Positions 38,415 through 42,777 of a stretch of 42,777 bases of DNA are shown one piece after another. The notes below the pieces were generated by a model. It was given only the letters and a program-made list of their open reading frames with translations, searched no databases and was not told where the DNA came from. The stretch spans positions 1 to 42,777 of the forward strand of contig NW_021834658.1 of assembly GCF_006345805.1 (NCBI RefSeq), given 5' to 3'. A program made the position numbers and the translations under genes. Each line of letters begins with the position of its first letter. The first letter of the stretch is position 1. Origin of the DNA: Octopus sinensis. Its lineage: Eukaryota.

Positions 38415-38755
38415 GTGTATGGTGTGTGGTGTGTGTGTGTGTGTGTTTGTGTGTAAAATATATATGTAACGAAGGAAATTAGAGAACTGGAAGAATTACA
38501 GAAAGTAACTATTGGAATTGTATGGGGAATCTAACTTCATCAGTTGCCGTCGGCATTGGTAGATTGGAATTGTGTTCTTCACTAACAGAGACCATTATTA
38601 TCAGGACTTGGTGACTGACTAATGTGTAGCTGGCACTATGCATGTATGTGTGCATGTGTAAATGCTTTTCAGTGGGTTTTGTTTGTGTCTATATGAGTCT
38701 AATTACGTCTGAATGTCTATATTTATGTATGCATGTATATAATTACATATATATG

Positions 38756-38790
<35 letters not shown>

Positions 38791-38841
38791 TTCTATATAT
38801 ATATATATTATTATATATATATTTATACACAACATTAATAC

Positions 38842-38890
<49 letters not shown>

Positions 38891-38915
38891 CATATATATA
38901 TATATATATATATAT

Positions 38916-38973
<58 letters not shown>

Positions 38974-39245
38974 ATGTTATATATATATGCCTGTGAGGCG
39001 TGCACACACACGTGTTACTTTGACATGTGAACCTTGCGAAATGTTATATATTTTCGTCTCAAACATTCTCTTGTTAGATGTCAGGTTATTATATCCCACC
39101 TTTGCCATCGGTCTCTCAAAAATAGATCGAATGAACACGTAGCTGGTGAACTCCCTTGCAAAATTACATTATATATATATATATATATATGAATGTGTGT
39201 GTGTGTGCGCGCCTCTGTGTGTGTGTGTGTGTGTGTGTGTGTATA

Positions 39246-39601
39246 GGAGCAGGCGTGGTTGTGAGGTAAGAAGATTGCTTCCCAGCCATATGGTTCCGGG
39301 TTCAGTCCCACTGCGTAGCAAGTGTCTTCTACTATATCTCGGGCCAACCAAAGCATTGTGAGTGGATTTGGTAGACGGAAACTGAAAGAATCCTGTATGT
39401 ATGTATGTATGTATGTATTTATGTGTGTTAGTCCCCCAACTATCGCTTGACAACCGACGGTGGTGTGTTTATGTACCCGTAATTTGGCGGCTCGGCAAAA
39501 GAGACCGATAGAATAAGTCCTATGGTTGATTTCTTCGACTAAAGGCAGTGCTTCAGCATGGCCGCAGCCAAATGACTGGAATAAATAAAAGAATAAAAGA
39601 A
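39246..39601 (+). mobile_element. Near-complete SINE family B
   Basis: A-box-like TGGTTGTGAGG, B-box-like GGTTCAGTCCC, internal (TATG)n and an A-rich tail. Confidence 0.88.
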
Positions 39602-39642
39602 AATGTATATATATATGTAATATAATGTAATGTTATTTAATG

Positions 39643-39885
<243 letters not shown>

Positions 39886-39936
39886 AACATACTGAGACAG
39901 TGTGAGATATGCTGCATGTAGATATAGATATTTGTA

Positions 39937-40148
39937 TGAGGGATTGCTGAAAAGTTCCTGCATTTGAGTAAAAGAAAATGTAAGAGGATTAATTAATTAT
40001 GATTTTATTCAATACATTCTCCTCTCATAATATTGCAGTAGTCCTTCGGTTTTTCTAAGTCCTTTAAAAAACAAAACGCGGTAGGTTGAGCCTTCAACCA
40101 GACCTTTCGCGATACCCTTAAAGCCTGGAAACTTTCGGCATTCCTTCG
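39937..40148. mobile_element. Mariner-derived MITE (~210 bp)
   Basis: TA|TGAGGGATTGCTGAAAAGTTCCTG ... CTGGAAACTTTCGGCATTCCTTCG|TA. The TIR resembles that of the mariner at 23831. Confidence 0.75.
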
Positions 40149-40382
40149 TATATATGTATGTAGACACCATAAAAGTAAATAGACAAAATCACCTTCGAAA
40201 TATTTATTTCTAGAAACAAAATAACGTCAGTTGGTGTATTTAATTACTCAGTCTAGTATTTAGTAGACATGTTTTGAGCATTATATATTACCAATTTGAA
40301 ACCCCAGATAATATCCGCACAGATAAAACGGTATCTGGAGGGGTGTATTATTTATGAGACGTCTGTGTGTATGTACGTTCGC

Positions 40383-40601
40383 ATGTATCTATGTATGTAT
40401 GCATGTATGTATGTATGTATGTATGTATGTATGCATGTATGTATGTATGTATGTATGTATGTATGTATGTATGTATGTATGCATGTATGTATGTATGTAT
40501 GTATGTATGTATGTATGTATGTATGTATGCATGCATGTATGCATGTATGTATGTATGCATGCATGTATGTATGTATGTATGTATGTATGTATGTATGTAT
40601 G
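40383..40601. repeat. (ATGT)n microsatellite
   Basis: Directly visible. Confidence 0.95.
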
Positions 40602-40689
40602 AGAAATCACTTCTGTTCCACGACATACAGCATGGATAATAATAGAAAAGGACAACCTCTTTGTTTTAGCCACGGAATCCTCTGGCGGA

Positions 40690-41330
40690 TTCTACGAGTT
40701 CAAATTCTTCAAGTCTATATGTATCTCATTGAACGTATCGGCAAAATATCCACTAAGTCCCGCATAGGATGATGGTTTTTTTCCAAGGTAAAGACGGTCA
40801 CAAAATGAACAAATTCACAAAGAACTTAATAAAAACATTTAAAGAGCTTGAGATATGAATAACTGTAGAAGCACACCTATCGGTAATAAACGAACTTGAC
40901 TTTGAACATGAGAACCGGAAGGCGCCACACCTACAGAAAGTTCAAGGAAGAAACGTCATACATAAATATAAATTCAAATCACCCATCAGCCGTAGACCAA
41001 AACGTCATTAGCAACTTCAGTTAGAGAACTTCGAAAATTTCGTCTGATAAGGAAATCACTCAATAACGAAGCCGTAAAAGCAGCATCGCTCAATAACGAA
41101 ACCGTAAAAACAAGCAGATTTAACGAAGAACTTCAGTACATGACAAAATTCCACAAACGGGGACCAAACAAAAGAAACACAGAAAAAAGAAACATCATCT
41201 GGTTTAACCCACTCATGTTCCTAATACTAATCAACAAGCGCTTCCAAACTGGAAACTAATACCGCAAATTATCCAATAGAATCAATACAAAAGTTGGCTA
41301 CTGCTACACAAAAAATATCAAACGCACCAT
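40690..41330 (+). mobile_element. Decayed Penelope-like reverse transcriptase fragment
   Basis: Frameshifted translations near the YRDDG site, KNLIKTFKEL..ITVEA, TYRK..SYININSNHP, ISSDKEI and KRNIIWFNP. Confidence 0.8.
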
Positions 41331-41628
41331 ATATATGACTAAGCAATAATACACCCAGAAAGACAATACAACCGAAGACAGATACAATTGTACAAGAACT
41401 AGGACATATTCATAACCGGAAAACTGTTCAGAAACAAACAGAGTCTATTAAACACTCAATTTCCGTTTACCAAATTCACTGACAAAGTATTACTCAGCCG
41501 GGGTTATAGTAGAAGACGCTTTCTGCACAGTGGGCCTGAACCCGAAACCACATTCCTGCAAAGCGATCTTCTTCAGTACAATTGCATACAAATATTTTGC
41601 CTTTCATCTCATCATTGCAATGGATGGA

Positions 41629-41941
41629 AGCACTCCGTCGGTTACGACGACGAGGGTTCCGGTTGATCCGATCAACGGAACAGCCTGCTCGTGAAATTAA
41701 CGTGTAAGTGGCTGAGCACTCCACAGACACGTGTACCCTTAACGTAGTTCTCGGGGATATTCAGCGTGACACAGGGAGTGACAAGGCCGGCCCTTTGAAA
41801 TACAGGTACAGAAGAAAGAGTGAGAGAAAGTTGTGGTGAAAGAGTACAGCAGGGATCACCACCATCCCTGCCGGAGCCTCGTGGAGCTTTAGGTGTTTTC
41901 GCTCAGTAAACACTCACAGCGCCCGATCTGGGAATCGAAAC
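41629..41941 (-). mobile_element. 5'-truncated SINE family C
   Basis: Reverse complement of about 28095-28410. Confidence 0.9.
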
Positions 41942-42056
41942 ATCATTGCAATAATGACTTGTCAATATTAAATTGCGTTTTTTTTCTCTCGTTTATGAAA
42001 ATCAGGTAAGCTTCTCTATTTTTTCAAAAGAATGTTTCATTTCTTTTCGATACCTG

Positions 42057-42109
<53 letters not shown>

Positions 42110-42289
42110 TGCATGCGTGTGTATGTGCGTGTGTGTGTGTGCGTGCACATGTGTTTTTGCTTGAGTGCGGTTGTGTGCGTGCGCGTTGAAGGACATAAAC
42201 AATGGTTAGAAAAGTGATAATATATCACCAACAACAAAAGAAGACCAACAACAATAATTAAAAAACAAACAATAGCAACCATAGAATCG

Positions 42290-42530
42290 TTAGAGCAGCT
42301 GCAGGTCATGCAAAGCGATGGAGTAGCTGCTCCTTCCCGACAAACAGTCAACGGAGAGGCTATACCGCCGAACGATTTGCGACTGTTGTGTACGTGTCAG
42401 CCACGCAATCAGAATGGAACCGGACAAGACAGGAATGATAAGAAAAATTGTTGAAATTGAGCTGAAAGAAATATCAGTTGCATGGGGCACTGCACACAGA
42501 TTGAACTAAGGACCGGTCAGAATGGTACCT
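42290..42530 (+). mobile_element. Decayed RTE-clade LINE 3' fragment
   Basis: RKIVEIELKEISVAWGTAHRL..KDRSEW resembles the RTE C-terminal E.ELK.....W..A...A.DR..W. Confidence 0.55.
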
Positions 42531-42603
42531 AACCATCGAAGCCGTATTTCCTAAATGTGATGACGAAGATAAAAGTATAGTTAAAATATGGTAACTTCTC
42601 TAC

Positions 42604-42777
42604 GGCAGCGAGCTTGCGGAATCGTTAGCACGCCGAGCAAAATGCCTGCCAGCATTTCAGTTGTCTCTATGTTCTGAGTTCAAATTCCGCCGAGATAGAC
42701 TTCATATTTTACCCTTCCGGAGTCGATAAAATAAGTTTTAGTTGAGTATTAAGGTTGTTGTAATCGACTTGCCCGCT
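42604..42777 (+). mobile_element. Family A SINE running off the window end
   Basis: GGCAGCGAGCTTGCGGAATCGTTAGCACGCCG..GAGTTCAAATTCCGCCGAG. Confidence 0.85.

Overview
AT-rich eukaryotic non-coding DNA, very dense in microsatellites and repeats. The repeat families look like those of Octopus (coleoid cephalopod); this is from recall, not a database search. I find no credible host exon, and nearly all long ORFs are microsatellite translations. Mobile elements present: several tRNA-derived SINE families, decayed LINEs (R4/Dong-like, HERO-like, Tx1-like, RTE-like), Penelope-like RT and GIY-YIG remnants, a full-length dead mariner, MITEs, a Helitron and a Helentron-type element. Larger structures are an inverted repeat with ~1.1-kb arms (4071-6326) and a 19-unit satellite with higher-order structure (10091-14172). 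The most striking signal is RNA structure. There are several minimal type-I hammerhead ribozyme motifs, one inside a tRNA-headed SINE-like element. Three sequence-unrelated loci (3470-3580 +, 35242-35333 +, 14571-14790 -) carry hammerhead core motifs in the same rearranged order: NUH-helix I, then GAAA, then CUGANGA, apparently held together by two pseudoknots. One of these lies just after the stop codon of a HERO-like LINE. All folds were derived by eye and are untested.
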